DNA of 64,000 nucleotides from Azolla caroliniana (GCA_043228905.1 JBHGNT010000017.1:6262001-6326000); one strand, 5' to 3'. Shown: positions 13,991 through 29,000, counted from the first letter of the stretch. Made by a program: numbers and translations. The notes: generated from the letters alone by a model not told the origin.

Positions 13991-14173
13991 CATTAGTATC
14001 ACACATCATCCCTTAATTCATTTGCTAGTAAATACTCTTTAGAGATGGTGAAGGATGTCGGAAGCATGAGTAAAAAGCAAAGAAGAAAGAATCTACCAAG
14101 TATGTCTACTCTCACGCTGGATAACGTTGACATACTAGTGTATGGCATCTCCTTGACTAAAACATGCCATTTA

Positions 14174-14366
14174 AGGCACACCACAATGAAGATAATAAAA
14201 GAGAAGATTCCAAGTGCATGTGCTCAAACGACAAAAAGACAAACAAGGAGCATGTCTCATAACCATGGCGAGGTTGGATTGATATTGGATGAAGACAATG
14301 TATTGGTTGCAAGTGATGATGAGGATGAGACCTCAGAAAGCGTATCTAGTTCACCAAATGGGTCTC
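14174..14366 (+). repeat. 193-bp direct repeat, copy 1 (left flank of copia B)
   Basis: Matches 25297-25489 with 5 substitutions counted. Confidence 0.93.
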
Positions 14367-15453
14367 AACATAGCACAACGTGTGAACACACCTTTTGAGA
14401 ATCTATGATTACTCAAAGGTCAAGAGTCACACCACTACTCTCTACACATTAACTATGTGTCATAGAATCATATTCTATGACACATAACCAATGAGTTACA
14501 TATTCCCCATGACTATGAGTCTTCACATTCCCCAAGAGCGAGAGAGTGGTTGTTGTAAAGTTAATGAGAGAGAGGGTGACTCTATATAAAGCACCCTCCT
14601 CATACTTCATACTAAGTCGGTTGTGACTCCTTATTATGCTACATTTTGTAATTCTTATTCTACTTGTGAAATATACACCTACTTTTGAGTATTCCTTTTT
14701 CTACCTATCTTGTGTTCTTTCATCTCTCCTCTTATTCCTCTCACACATACACATAACACACATCTCTTCCACTACACAAGAATCACCATCGATTCTTTAC
14801 ATGGTATTAGAGCGATTTGGTAGCTCAATCTAGCCCACTTGCCTCATCGTGATCGTGTGTTGTGCTCTATGCCGATGTTCAAGAAGAACCGGCTAATGTA
14901 GTAGCACTACATAGCTCGTGTTCGAGAGAGAAGGAAAAGAAGAACGGAAGCTTAATCGACAATGAATACTCAAATGGGGAGCGCTCTCCCTAGCGAGAAG
15001 TTGGACCGGAGAAACTTTGCATCTTGGGAGTACAAGTTGCACCAATACCTTGTCGGCCAAGGCTATTGGGGCTACATCAAAGGAGCACAAGAAAACCAAC
15101 TTGACCTAGAAGACGCCGACTATGGAACGTGGGAGCAAGCAGCAAGCCGAGTGATGTATTGCTTGGCGACAAGTGTTCACTACCACATGCTCGGGCACAT
15201 TCGAGAAGCCGAGATGCCAAGATGCTGAAGGAAGCATGGGAGAATCTACGAAAGATTTTCGCCGCCAACACTACCGCGAGAAAGCTTCAACTCCGCCAAG
15301 AGTTGAACAATATCCAACAAAGGGATATGTCCATCACAAGCTACACCTTGAAGATCAAGGAGCTTTGCGACTCTCTTGGATCGATAAGCGTCAATGAGAT
15401 GGTGTAAATATGCCTTAGCGGCCTTGCACCACGATTTGATGCGATGCGGACCG

Positions 15454-18400
15454 TGTCGAATACGAGTGTATAATGGCCGTATTCACACTATCCCTTTGGA
15501 CAACCCAAGTTCGGGCTATTTTTGTAAATAGCATAAAGGGTAGTTGCCCTAGGACAGTCACTATATAAAGTGACTTTGTAACCTTTAGTGTTGGTTGGTT
15601 GTCATTTGTAACTGTTGCTATTGGAATATAACGTTTCCTTTGTGCCTCTCTCTCTCTCTCTCTCTCTCTCTATCCCTCTCTCTGTGTCTATCTTGCTCAC
15701 GCATACACAGGTTCTTATTCATCACGAATGTTGCTTGCACTTCCGCATTGACGGCCTTGTCCCCAAAATTTGGTATCAGAGCGTTGGAGGTTCTTCAACC
15801 CGCTGCCGGCCGTCATCGCACAACACAACATTCCGTTTTCATTTTCTTTGAAGAATAGAGAAGGGAGAAGAAAAAGACAAAGAGCTCGCATCTCACTGTG
15901 GTAGATCACAAATTGGAGTAAGCCAGTCGGTTGTACTCTGTTCATGTGATTGTAACCGCTTGAGGGGAGCTCCTTGAGCAACAACCGACCCAATCGTGCT
16001 TCATTCGGTTAAACAACATCGGAATAGGTCATCAGACGCTATTCACCCACTTGCTGTAACCACTCACTACAGATTGGTCTCTTGGCAACAACCACTTCGT
16101 GCCTCACTTGGTTGATCGACATTCGGGAGGATCAGTTGGATCCGTCCCTCTCATCGCTGCAGTCATCCGAAGCAAAATCGGCCCAAACAATCGGTTTCGC
16201 GTAATCGGTATTCAACATACAATCGGAAGCTAATCGGGCTCACTCCGACTCGGCAACATTCGGGAAGACCAACCGGTTCTGTCCCTCAAGTTACCGGAGT
16301 CACTCCGAGCAAGTTCAGCAACAAGTATCCGAAACCAAATCGACTCAGGTTCAAAACCGACTAGAATGATATCGGGTGAGCCGACTGGCTGCACCCCACT
16401 AAGGTTTGTAGTCAACTCCGAACCTAGTCTTCCCAACCGAAACCGAATCAGATGGCATCGACATCTAGCTCATCGGAAATGAGTCTAAGGAGGTTCGAAC
16501 TTCAACTTTTGGAAGGAACAAATGCAGGACTATCTCATAGTCAAGGGTCAGATAGACCCGATTGAGAATGAAAATCCTCCAGAAGCATACAAGGCAAATG
16601 AGTGGCTAAAGCTGGACATAATCGTTCGTGCCACGATTCGGATGCACTTGTCGAAGTCAGTGTACTTCACAGTGCAATCATGCACGACAACATTTGAACT
16701 TTGGAAAACACTGTCAGAAACTTATGAAAAGAAGGTTGCCGAAACAAAGATGTATCTGATCCGGCGTCTCTACAATCTGCGGATGAAAGAATCCGATTCG
16801 GTTCAGGCACACCTCAACAAGTACGAAAGCATAAGCTCCCAAATTTTGTCTCGGGGGATGGCAATCGAGGATGAACTCAGAGCAATGATACTCATGAGTA
16901 GCCTCCCCTCTTCATGGGAAACTTTCGTTACAACCGTGTGCAACGCTTCAACAGCTGCCGTTAAGTACTCGGAAGTCACGAGCACAATCCTGACTGAAGT
17001 AGCTCGGAGAAAGTCTTTCGCCAATGACTCGGCAGATGAAGCTTACGTAGTACAAGGTTCAACCGACCAATCAAACAACCGGGGAAGAAGTTCTTCTCGA
17101 CCGCCGAACAATCACTGAAGTCGGAGCAAGTCCCGGGACAACCGAATCTGCAACTACTGCAAGAAATCAGGACACATCAAAGCCAACTGTAGGGCACTCA
17201 AAGAAAAAACCAACAAAGCTCAGAGAGCGGATCAGAAGAGTAGCCAGCATGAGGAGGTCAACTACGTTGGCTCTTCAGCCAAAATTTTGACGACCGACCC
17301 GAACATACTGTCCATAGAGAACCCAGTCGAATCAGAAGTTTTGCTTATGACTGAGGAATCGAGCACATGGCTCCTGGACTCGGGCGCATCGTATTATGTG
17401 ACACCTCACCGATCTCAGTTTCGGCAATACTCGGACCGGCACTCCGACTCAGTTCGAGTCGGAAACTTGCAACACTGTGCTCTAATCGGAATCGGCACCG
17501 TAGAGCTCAACCTTCCGGGAGGCTCTACACTCATACTACACAATATCCGACACGTTCCTGAGCGTTTAAAACCCTTGATCTCAGTCGGACAACTTGACGA
17601 AGCCGGCATCCGTGCCGGATTTTCATCAGGAGGGTGGACACTCCACAAAGGGAACCTCCTGCTTGCTTGAGGACCAAAGGTACATTCCTTGTATCCTTTA
17701 TATGTCACACTCAAAGAGGGTGACTTATTTTTGGTTGATATCCCCGTGTGATCATTATGGCACAGATGACTTGGACACCTCAGCAAGGCCGGCATAACAC
17801 ACCTATCCAGGGCCGGTTACATCCGCAAGCTCTCCTTCTTGGATCACCAATTTTGCAAGCATTGCCAGTACGGCAAATAGGTAGCCACATCACACCCGAC
17901 ATCAGCACCAAGAGAATCGAGCCCCCTCGATTTACTCCACTCAGACATTTGTGGCCCGATGCCACATCAGTCTCTCGGTGGTGCTTCGTACTTCGTCAGT
18001 TTCATTGACGACTCGACTCAGAAGGTGTGGGCTTATCCCATCAGAACCAAAGATCGGGTGTTCTCGATCTTCTCTGAATGGCTTGCAATGGTCGAAAATT
18101 AGACCGGTTGGAAACTGAAATGTCTTTGAACCGACAATGGAGGAGAATTCAAGTCTGAAGAATTCGTCAACTTTTGCCGGGAACGCGGCATTCGATGTGA
18201 ATATACGGTACCCTATAGTCCAGAGCAGAACGGAATTGTTGAACGCATGAATCAGACGATTCAAGAACGCGTAATATCCATGCTCCAACACTCCGGATTG
18301 TCGCATGGCTTCTGGGCGGAGGCTCTACTTATGGCAATACACATAATAAATATGTCGCCAAGCAGACCTCTAGGACTTCAAATACCTCAGGAAATATGGA

Positions 18401-20858
18401 CCGGCAGTAAGCCGAATTATGACAAACTGAGGATCTTCGGTTGCGAGGCGTATGCTCTCATACCAAAAGACGACCGCTGGAAACTCGAACCAAGGTCAAG
18501 GAAATGTGTTTTTCTTGGATATGGACCCGACGGCGAGATCAGATACCGACTCTAGGACCCCAAGCATAGACAAATCGTCCGAAGTTCGGATGTCGTGTTC
18601 AACGAGTCGGCTATGCATAAAACGGCCGAAAGGCCTATTGAAGTCCGAAGGGTAATATTTTCCGAAGTGCCAACCCTTCATGATGGCCAAGCCCACAACA
18701 CGAGATCGGTTTCATGAGTAACCGACAACTCTCGCATTGAATCCACTGATTCCGCACCGTCGAATGGCTCGACTCCCGACCATCCGACATCGACACCCGG
18801 TGCGACCAGTCCACTCATACCTCGCAGATTCGAGAGACTATCGCAACCTCCAGAGAGGTACTCTCCTGGAGTTTTCTTTACCAACGCCGGTGAATCGACG
18901 TCTTACGAAGAAGCATCGGCATCTGCCGATTCAGCCACATGGCATCTGGCGATGGAATCGGAAATGCACTCCATTCGGGCAAACAAGATTTGGGACTTGG
19001 TTGAATTACCGAAGAATCGATGTGCTCTTCCGTGTAAGTGGGTCTATTGACTAAAAGAGACGTTTGACTCGACCACCCCAAAGTACAAGGCCAGATTAGT
19101 TGCGAAGGGATTTCGACAAGAATATGGCGTCGACTTCGACGAAATCTTTTCACCAGTGGTGAAAATGACGACACTTCGTTTCATGCTCGACATCGTGGCC
19201 ACCGACAATGTGGAGCTGATTCATCTAGATGTAAAAACGATAGTCCTCCACGGTGACCTATAGGAGGAAATCTATATGGAGTAGCCGAAAGGCTTTGTGG
19301 CATCCGGCTAGGAACATCTAGTCTGCCGACTCAAGAAGAGTCTCTACGGCTTGGAATAGGCACCCCGATAGTGGTACAAGAAGTTCAACGACTTCATCCA
19401 ATCGGTCAGCTTCTCAAAGAGCGATGAGGACCACTGTCTCTTCACCAAAACAGCTCAAGACGGGTCTCCCGTCTTCTTCATCATCTACGTGGACGACATG
19501 CTACTCTCCGGTCGGCATGCCGGAGAACTCACCGAACTTGTTCGGAAACTGTGGTTGAAGTTTGCCATGAAGGACCTCGGTCTGGCAAGACACATACTCG
19601 GTATGAAGATTAGTCGGCATCGCGATACACGACAACTTTTCTTGTCTCAAACCAACTACATCGGACGTGTCTTGGAACGCTTCAACATGCACTCCGCCAA
19701 GTCTGCTTATACCCTACTCCCCATCGACCTTCGGCTATCTCAGCGAGACTGCTTGACATCCGGTCCGGAGGGGGAAGATATGAAGTCGGTACCGTATGCA
19801 CCAGCAGTCGACTCCCTTATGTACACAATGGTCGCGACACAGCCTGATATTTCTCACGCCGTAGGAGTCGTCAGCAGATTCATGCACAACCTCAGCCGAT
19901 CGCACTGGAACGCAGTCAAGCATGTGTTCAGATATCCAGCTGGCACAAAAGACCACGACATTCTTTTTGACCCGAACTCAACCTCAAGCGTAGTTGGTTA
20001 CACCGACTCGGACTTCGCCGAATGTGTGGACAGTCGAAAATCAACAACCGGATATTGTTTCAAATTCGGCAATGGAGCAATCTCGTGGAAGTCGAAACTT
20101 CAGGAGTCCACAACCACCTCAACGACCGAAGCAAAATATGTAGCTGCGTCCGACGCAGCAAAAGAAGCTTTATGGCTTGGTCGGTTGGCACACACGTTTC
20201 AACAAGTCGACACCGACTCGGCTCTAGTTGTCTACATCGACAGTCAGGGTGTTGTTGCTTTGTCATTAATCCGGTTCATCACAACGCCTCGAAGCACATC
20301 GATGTTCGATATCACTTCGTTCAGGATTGCGTCATTTCAGGGAAAATCGGTCTCGAGAAGATATCCACAACCGATAATGTCGTAGATGGAATGACCAAGT
20401 GTCTTTCGGCGGATCGTTTCCGGTGTCTTCGGCACCAGATGGGCGTAACGAAAAATCGGTCCGATTAAAGTTGGACACACAACACAGGATGGTTTCGGAC
20501 CACCGACATCAGTTCTCTGTGGATCTGCTTTAGCTCTTCCGACCCGACCGGTTCGGTCTTCTGTCTTCGGATCTTGCCGACTCTAACAAAACCGATCTGT
20601 CTGATAAACCTTGTATATATACCTGTAATTCTTTAGATAACCCGTGTATACGCCCATTACGGGGGAGTGTTGAATACGAGTGTATATGGCCGTATTCACA
20701 CTGTCCCTTTGGACAACCCAAGTTTGGGCTATTTCTGTAAATAGCATAAAGGGAAATTGCCCTAGGATAGTCACTATATAAAGTGACTTTGTAACCTTTA
20801 GTGTTGGTTGGTTGTCATTTGTGACTGTTGCTATTGGAATATAACGTTTCCTTTGTGC

Positions 20859-20889
<31 letters not shown>

Positions 20890-20975
20890 TGTGTTTATCT
20901 TGCTCATGCATACACAGGTTCTTCTTCATCACGAATGTTGCTTGCACTTCCGCATTGACGGCCTTGTCCCCAACA
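15454..20975 (+). mobile_element. Ty1/copia element C, full-length, nested in gag of element B
   Basis: LTRs 15454-15768 and 20668-20975; perfect 5-bp TSD GACCG; PBS TGGTATCAGAGC at 15771; PPT GGGGGAG. Confidence 0.97.
16452..20468 (+). pseudogene. copia C gag-pol polyprotein, disrupted
   Basis: WKEQMQDYL (gag), CNYCKKSGHIKANC zinc knuckle, WLLDSGAS (protease), ERMNQTIQER (integrase), YVDDML (RT), GYTDSDFA (RNase H); premature stops. Confidence 0.95.
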
Positions 20976-23900
20976 GACCGCCATACTAGCACATGAGAAT
21001 CCACCCTCCTTCTTCAATCTTCAATCTATGTTGTTGATTGAAGAAAACCATGTTCGAATGAGGATCAACGCTTCGGAAGGCCACATTCTCTACACGCATT
21101 CGGACGGAGGAAGAGGACGCGGTCGTGCAAGAAGAGGCCGATTCGGCCAAGGATGAGGCGGACGAGGTCCGACTTACGAAAACAACTTGCAATTTCGGCA
21201 TCAAGACGGAAGACATCGAGGAACCTTCAGAAGAAGGGGGAGCTTCCATTCCGGTCCGAACCAACAAAGCTCGGTCGAATGCGGATATTGCAGAAAAATC
21301 GGTCACCACGAAGAAGAATGCCGTAAGAAGATACGTGAGTCGGTTTCCACTAGCTGACAACCCACCAACTACGCCATCAGCTCCGACTATGACGATCGCG
21401 GCAGAATGTTCGTGATGAGACATTGAGCGAATTCTATGTTGGCCTCTACTTCTACTAGTGCCTCTAGTCTGGAAGACGTATGGTTCGTCGATTCTGGTGC
21501 CTCGAACCATATGACGTCGCATCAAGAATGGTTCCGAGAACTTCGAGAGCCAGATTGACCCAACTATGTCGAAACCGGAGACGACAGTATGCACCCGTTT
21601 CGGCACATCGGCAATGTTCCGTTCGGAGAAGAAGGTAAGAAAACTTATATTAAAAATGTCTTGCATGTACCAACTATCACGAAGAATTTGGTCTCTGTCG
21701 GCCAAATTGTAGAGCAAGGAATGCAAGTACGATTTAATCAAGGCGGTTGCTTCATCGAAAAAGAGGGCTGACTCATTGCTCACGAACGAAGAGAGGGCCG
21801 AATGTTCATTCTTGACTCACACGAGATGAAATTGGCTATGTTCGCAAAGGGCATGAAAGCAGATTCCGACATAGAGTTATGGCACAAGCGGATTGGCCAT
21901 ATCAACCTCCAAAAGCTCAAGGCAATGCAATTGAAAGGAGTCTTCATCGGGCTCCCGACATTCACGGAGAAAGAGATTGAAGGTGTGTGTGCTGCTTGCC
22001 AATTCGGCAAGCAACATCGGCACCCATTTCCGAAGGAGCGGAACGTGAGCAAAGGCGTACTTGACGTAATTCATTCTGGTGTATGGGGTCCGGCTGAAAT
22101 GGCGACATTCGGCGGATGCCGATACTATGTGGCCTTCATCGACGACTTCTCCAGGCACACTTGGATCTACCTGATGCGGCAAAAGAGTGACGTGTTCTGA
22201 CACTTCCAAAAATTCAAGAGTGAAGTTGAGAAAACCACGGGCCGACATGTATGATGTCTTCGGTCGGATGGAGGCAAGGAATATTTCTCGGATGAGTTTA
22301 CGGCATATCTACGGAAAGAAGGAATACGGCGAGAGTTTTTGTGTCGACATATGCCACAACAAAATGGAGTGGCCGAACGCAAGAATCAACACATCCTCGA
22401 AGTGGCATAGGCTATGCTTAACGAAAAGCACATGCCAAAATCGTATTGGGCGGAAGCAGCTAACACGGCTGTCTATCTCATGAATCGGTGTATGACATTG
22501 GGTGTGCACAAACTTACTCTGTACAAGAAGTTCTTCGGAAAGAAGCCGGACTTATCGCATGTTCGGATATTCTGCTCCATTGCGTACGTGCACATCCCCG
22601 ACGAGAAGTGTCAAAAGCTTGAACCGAAGTTGGAGAAATGTATCCTCATAGGATACTCACTGGAGCAAAAGGGGTACAAGTGCTACAACCCCTCAACTCG
22701 AAAATCTCGAGTACGTCGAGACGTCGTTTTCGATGAGTCCGCATCCTGGTATGCACCACAGACAACTTCGACTTCGATTCCGTTCGACCCGGATTCCTCC
22801 GAAATAGAGATAGAAGCCGAAGATCGACTTATGCACATGTTCAAAGAAAGTCCAATCACGACTTGACTGAGTGGACCACAAGAGCCCCGAGCGATCAAAG
22901 CACATCTCGGCCGAGTCCGAAGATGGACAAAGGGAAGGCGAAAATGCCGAGTATGAAGACGATCACCTCCACGGAAATGAATCGGCTCACTCCCTTGATA
23001 GTGAGGTCGAAGGCCTTGAGATCCAGACAAATGGAGTGGAGAACGCTGTAGTATCCGCACACGAGAAGCTCCGCTGATTCACCCGTGAAAAGAACCCCGT
23101 AAGCCGATTCGGCTAAAACGTTATATGGTGTACCATTACACTTTTATGATGAAGGTAGCGATAGTACGGGAGCTGGAAAGGTTTTCCGAAGCCGCGACGG
23201 ACCCCAGATGGGTTGAAGCGATGAATGAGGAGATGCAAGCACGCTCCAAGAAGGAGACATGGGATCTCGTTCCCCACTCACCACACAAGAAGGCAATTGG
23301 CTGAAGATGGATCTACAAGGTGAAGTATAATGCCGACGGCTCCGTAAACCGTTACAAAGCTCGACTCGTAGCGAAAGGATACACACAAACACATGGAGTC
23401 GACTATGAAGAGACCTTTGCCCCGGTGGCAAAGATGAAGACGGTGTGGACCGTGATCGCACTTGCAGCGGCAAAAGGGTGGCACCTCCACCAAATGGATG
23501 TCTTTCTTCAAGGCAAATTAGACGAGGTGTACATGGTATAACCACCCGGCTTCGAATCGCGCATTCATCCAAAAGTAGTATGCCAACTCAAGAAGCCTCT
23601 CTACGGCCTTAAGCAAGCACCGTGTGTTGGGCATTCGAAGATTACACACTATCTTCATCAAATCGGCTTTCGAATGTCGAAATCCGACAACTCCCTCTAC
23701 GTACGACACGACTCTAGAAGCCTAATTGTCATCAACCTATATGTGGATGATTTAGTCATTGGAAGTGAAAGTCTAGTCGACATCAACAAGGTCAAGTTCC
23801 TCCTCTCCGGAAAATTCGAGATGACGGACATGAAGGAGCTCCATTAGTTCCTTGGCATCAAAGTAATTCGGATTCCGACCGGCATTTTGATCTCTCAACA

Positions 23901-25296
23901 ACACTACATCCTCAACTTGTTATACAAGTTTGGGATGAATGAGTGCAAATTAGTCGCTATGCCTCTTGATCGAAACCTCAAACTAGATGCTAACTTTGGC
24001 ACAGACGAGTGCGAGCAGACCCAATATCGTCAATTGATCGGGAGGCTCATCTATCTCACGATCACTTGACCCGACCTTAGCTATCCAATCGGACTCCTCA
24101 GCCAATTCATGCAAAAACCACACGACATTCACTTGGATTGTGCTAAGCGAGTATTATGATACATGAGTGGCACAATGGATTACGACGTTCACTACGCTTC
24201 AGCCACACCAATACGACTCGAAGGGTACACAGACGCGGACTGGGCAGGCTACAAAGTCGATCGATGATCGACCTCCGGATTTGTCTTATCGCTCGGCAAT
24301 GGAGCAATATCTTGGAGTAGTAAGAAGCAGCATACCGTCACACTTTCGAGTACGATGGCCGAATACAAGGGCGCAACCATAGCTGCATGTGAAGCCATAT
24401 GGCTCAAGAGGATTTTGAAGGATCTGGGTGTCCCCATCAAGGATCCGACTCCCATTACTACAACAACATGAGAAATATATATTTGGCTCGGAACCCGGTG
24501 TTCCACGCGCACACAAAGCACATCAAAGTGCACTATCACTTCATTCGAGAGCGCGTACAGGCCGGAGCTGTCGACCTTCAACACATCAACACATCAACAC
24601 GAATCTTCAGACGGCTGACATCTTCACCAAAGCCTTAGGAGCCGACAAGCTTCGAAAATTCATGTAAGACCTTGGATTGACGATCCCTGACTTTCCAAGC
24701 TTGAGGGGGAGTACAAGCGAGAACCTGATATCGTCCGAACCAGGTACGAGCCGAAGCGGACACCGGAGATCGTCCAAAGCGGATACTAACCGAAGCAGTC
24801 ATCAATCGAAAGGAACCAACCTGAGTTGAGCTTGAGGGGGCGTGTTGAGAATCAAGCTCAACATAGCACAACGTGTGAACACACCTTTTGAGAATCTATG
24901 ATTACTCAAAGGTCAAGAGTCACACCACTACTCTCTACACATTAACTATGTGTCATAGAATCATATTCTATGACACATAACCAATGAGTTACATATTCCC
25001 CATGACAATGAGTCTTCACATTCCCCAAGAGCGAGAGAGTGGTTGTTGTAAAGTTAATGAAGAGACAGGGTGAATCTATAGAAAGCACCCTCCTCATACT
25101 TCATACTAAGTCAGTTGTGACTCCTTATTATGCTACATTTTGTAATTCTTATTCTACTTGTGAAATATACACCTACTTCTTGAGTATTCCTTTTTCTACC
25201 TATCTTGTGTTCTTTCATCTCTCCTCTAATTCCTCTCACACATACACATAACACACATCTCTTCCGCTAAACAAAACTCACCATCGATTCTTTACA

Positions 25297-25489
25297 AGGC
25301 ACACCACAATCAAGATAATAAAAGAGATGATTCCAAGTGCATGTGCTCAAACGACAAAAAGACGAACAAGGAGCATGTCTCATAAACATGGCGAGGTTGG
25401 ATTGATATTGGATGAAGACAATGTATTGGTTGCAAGTGATGATGAGGATGAGACCTCAGAAAGCGTATCTAGCTCACCAAATGGGTCTC
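25297..25489 (+). repeat. 193-bp direct repeat, copy 2 (right flank of copia B)
   Basis: Begins immediately after the terminal CA of the 3' LTR. Confidence 0.93.
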
Positions 25490-26049
25490 GAGATGATGGC
25501 ATAGACATGGAAAGTGACGGTTTTGGACAAGCCCTAACACAGCGTGTCCCTATAGAACACTTCACCAAAGGGTGGTACGGTGAGATATGGATATACTGTG
25601 GTATCGAATGGGTCTTAACCGGTTACTAACCGACACTGTTAATGATCGTAACACATGCGTATGATTAATTATATTAAGCACAAAACAATAACCAAATAGA
25701 CACTAAAAAATATGTAAAACATCAGTGCTTCTATTAATTATCCGTCATTGGTTACATTCTTGTCGGGTCCTTTTATAGGTCTCCGGCTGAGTTACAAATC
25801 GGTGCCAACCGGCAACTGGCAACGATCCGGTCTAGATCCGAATCGGCATACCGATTCTGGGTCCATCCGCCCGCTTCTCAAAATAACATAATACTTATTA
25901 ATTACAACTCCCTATCCCTAATTATATACCCCTTTCACATTCTGGACTCTAACCGGCCCTTTGGCCTTGCCGGCCAACACATGGCACGCCTGTGGGACAG
26001 TACATTGTACATCAACCCCACGGTTAGCCCTTTTCAATCGTCCATTAAA

Positions 26050-29000
26050 ATGTCCAGAATGCTTTGGTCCAAGGGTTCTAGAGGTTGTTCGGGTAGTTGC
26101 TCCGTTTGTTGTGGTGGTTGTTGCTCTCTGGTCTGCTCCTCCTTTCCGGCTCCAGTCGCTTCCGGGCTTCCGTCTCCAACTCATTTGTTCTGGGCTCCTC
26201 CTGTCCTTGACGTTTGGGTTGCGCTAGCTCTTGCGGGTTGGCTACATTCAGTTGCTCTACTTGAGTTACATTTGGTTGGCTCCCTCCGGTTTTGGCTGCG
26301 TTTGGCGTCTACTCCGGAGACTGCTCTTCATCACTAATGTTAATTGCCGCCGTTCTTCTAGCCGCCCATTGCCTCACCGTTCCTGTTCGTATCACTCGAA
26401 CTGGAGTTGGGTATTGAAAAGAATAGCGTGCGGAAGCAATAGAAAACCGAACACAGAAAATACACAAGTTTAATGGAGAGCTTAAATATACATGGTACGC
26501 GGGAGAGACAGAGAGAGAGAATACACAGAAACTCAATTCAAATAATACTCAATCTGTATATGCACCGTGCTTAGTGAGCACCTTTTATACAAGCCCTGAC
26601 AATAGGGCTTACACAAGTACTGACAGTACTTGACCGCTCACGCATGCTTGTTAGGTGCGAGGGTTATAACACTTATAACCCTTCTGCTTGTTCGAATAGC
26701 CAACCAAGATACACTTCTCGGCTTTCACGTCCAACTTTCTCCGTTTCTCCTTCGACACATGCACATACGCAATGCTACTGAAAACTCTCAAGTTTCGTAG
26801 ATTCGGCTTCCTTCTGAAATACTGTTCATGCGCTGACACTTTGTCTCCGATCCGATTCTCGATGTATACCGCGGTTCGTACCGGCTCGTCCCAATAGAAC
26901 TTGGGCAAGCTCTTTTCTTCCAGGATTGGCCGCGCCACTTCCACAATCGACCAATTTTTCCTTTCGGCCACACCGTTTTGCTTCGGCGTATATCTGCAAC
27001 TGAATTCACACCGAATTCCCATCTGTTGCAGATACCCGTTGAATTGATTGGAAAAGTACTCTTTTCTGCCATCCGTCCGTAGGCACTTGATCTTTCTTCC
27101 CGTTTCCCTTTCGACGAAACTCTTGAGGTCCCGGAAACAATCGAAGACTTCACTCTTCTTCTCAATGAGGTAGATCCACGTGTGCCGCGTATAGTCATTG
27201 ATGAAGGAGACGAAATATCGACTCCTGCAAAGACTAACGTTCTATGCTAGCCCCCATACATCGGAATGTATCAAGTCGAGCTTGTTCCGGCTCCGGTTAC
27301 GCTCATTAGGGAAAGGAAGTCGGTGTTGCGTCCCTAGCTGGCAGGCTTCAAAAATTTGCGCATGTCTCGATCATAGGTCCTAAAGCCGTTGATAGTTGAC
27401 GTGGCCTATCCACTTGTGCCATAAGTCGATATCCAACTCGGCTTTTTGTCCTTTCGCGAACATTGCAGTGCCACCGTCACTTGAGTCGAGGATAAACATC
27501 CTCGCGTTTCTGCGCCCTTGCGCAATAACTCAACCTTCTTCTTCGATGAAGCACCCGAGATGCATGAACCAGACTTGCATCCCCTGGTCAACGATCTGCC
27601 TGAACGACACCAGATTCTTCTTGATTGTTGAGACATGTAACATGTTCATGAGTTTCCCTTTTCACCTGACATGGCTCAAGGGAACTTCACCGACATTCGC
27701 GATCGGATGCGGAGTGTCGTCTCCGGTTGCGACTACTCCTGGTTGCATCAGTTTCTCAAGATATGAGAACCACTCCTTGTGGCACGTCATGTGGTTTGAC
27801 GCATCGGAGTCGACGTACCACAACTCGTCCGATTTCGGGGTGGACATCTTCATCGAGTTCGCTTCGTGTCTTGTCACGAAGGCTGACCCTTTTTCGGCTT
27901 TTTCGGACCCTTCAACGTAGTGCGATTGTTGCCGATTTCCTTTGTCGGTTTGTCGAGAGCTTGATCTACATCCCATCCTCTCTGAATCGGCGCACTTCTT
28001 CCAACACTCGCTCTCCTTGTGGCCTTTCTTGCCACAGTACCAGCATTCCGCAATGGATTTCCCTTGTCGGTTCTTGTCGCCTCGACTCCCCCTATTTTTA
28101 GAGGGTCTGGAATTGCTGTCGGCATCACTTCGGTGCCTTCTTCCTTGATCCCGTCAGCCGCCTCCATTGCGCACCGACTCACCTCGTTCGCCATGACCAC
28201 AGGGCCTATCTCCCTCCGTGTACATCATCTTGCTGTCGACATGCGTGCTCGTCGACGCACCCGCGTGGTTTTCCTTTATAAGGAGCATCGATTGTAGGTC
28301 GAAAAACGACGGTGTATTCTTCCGTGTACACACAACAGTTCGGAATACTCTGAACTTCGATGCCAATCCCCCAAGATAGATCTGCACCATCTCGTGTTCC
28401 TCGACGTTGACATTGATAGAGGCTAAGGAGTCGCATATCTCTTTGATTTTCGAGCCGTAATCAGCCACCGACAAGTCGCGTTGTCGTAGGTTGCTCAGCT
28501 CCTGTCGGAGTTGAAGCTTCCTGGTTGTAGTGCTTGCGGCGAAAATCTTCTTCGAATTTCCCCAAGCATCTTTTGGCGTTTTTGCATCCCGAATGTAGCT
28601 TAGGATTTGTTCGCCCACACACGACGCGAAGCAGTACAATACTCTGCTCGCCGACTGTTCCCAAGGCAGGAAGTCTTTGTGTGTTGAATCGGGTGTTGTG
28701 TCATTTGCTCCGTTGACATAGCTCCAGTAACCATGCCCAAGCAGGTACTGGTGCATCTTGTAAGAACAAGACGCGTAGTTGTTTCTGTCGAGCTTCTCTG
28801 TTGGAAGCAAGCTAGCCATGGCTCTATCCATTTTGTTTTCCCTCTTCTTTACGAAGGTTAGATTTTCTTCTTGAGCTAAGGTCAGCTACAGAGGTTCTCA
28901 ACCCTCGAGCTTTGATACCATGAAAAGAATAGCGTGCGGAAGCAATAGAAAACCGAACACAGAAAATATGCAGGTTTAATGGAGAGCTTGAATATACACA

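Larger units (their letters stand above)
14962..24700 (+). pseudogene. copia B gag-pol polyprotein, disrupted (14962-15453 and 20981-~24700)
   Basis: EKLDRRNFASWEYKLHQYL (gag), WFVDSGASNHMT (protease), LWHKRIGH / CAACQFGKQ (integrase), [11 protein letters not shown] / YVDD (RT), GYTDADWAG (RNase H); many stops and frameshifts. Confidence 0.93.
14364..25296 (+). mobile_element. Ty1/copia element B, near full-length, interrupted by element C
   Basis: 5' LTR 14364-14799 (first 14 nt missing), PBS TGGTATTAGAGC (tRNA-Met type), PPT TTGAGGGGGCG, 3' LTR 24843-25296; gag-PR-INT-RT-RH order. Confidence 0.95.
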
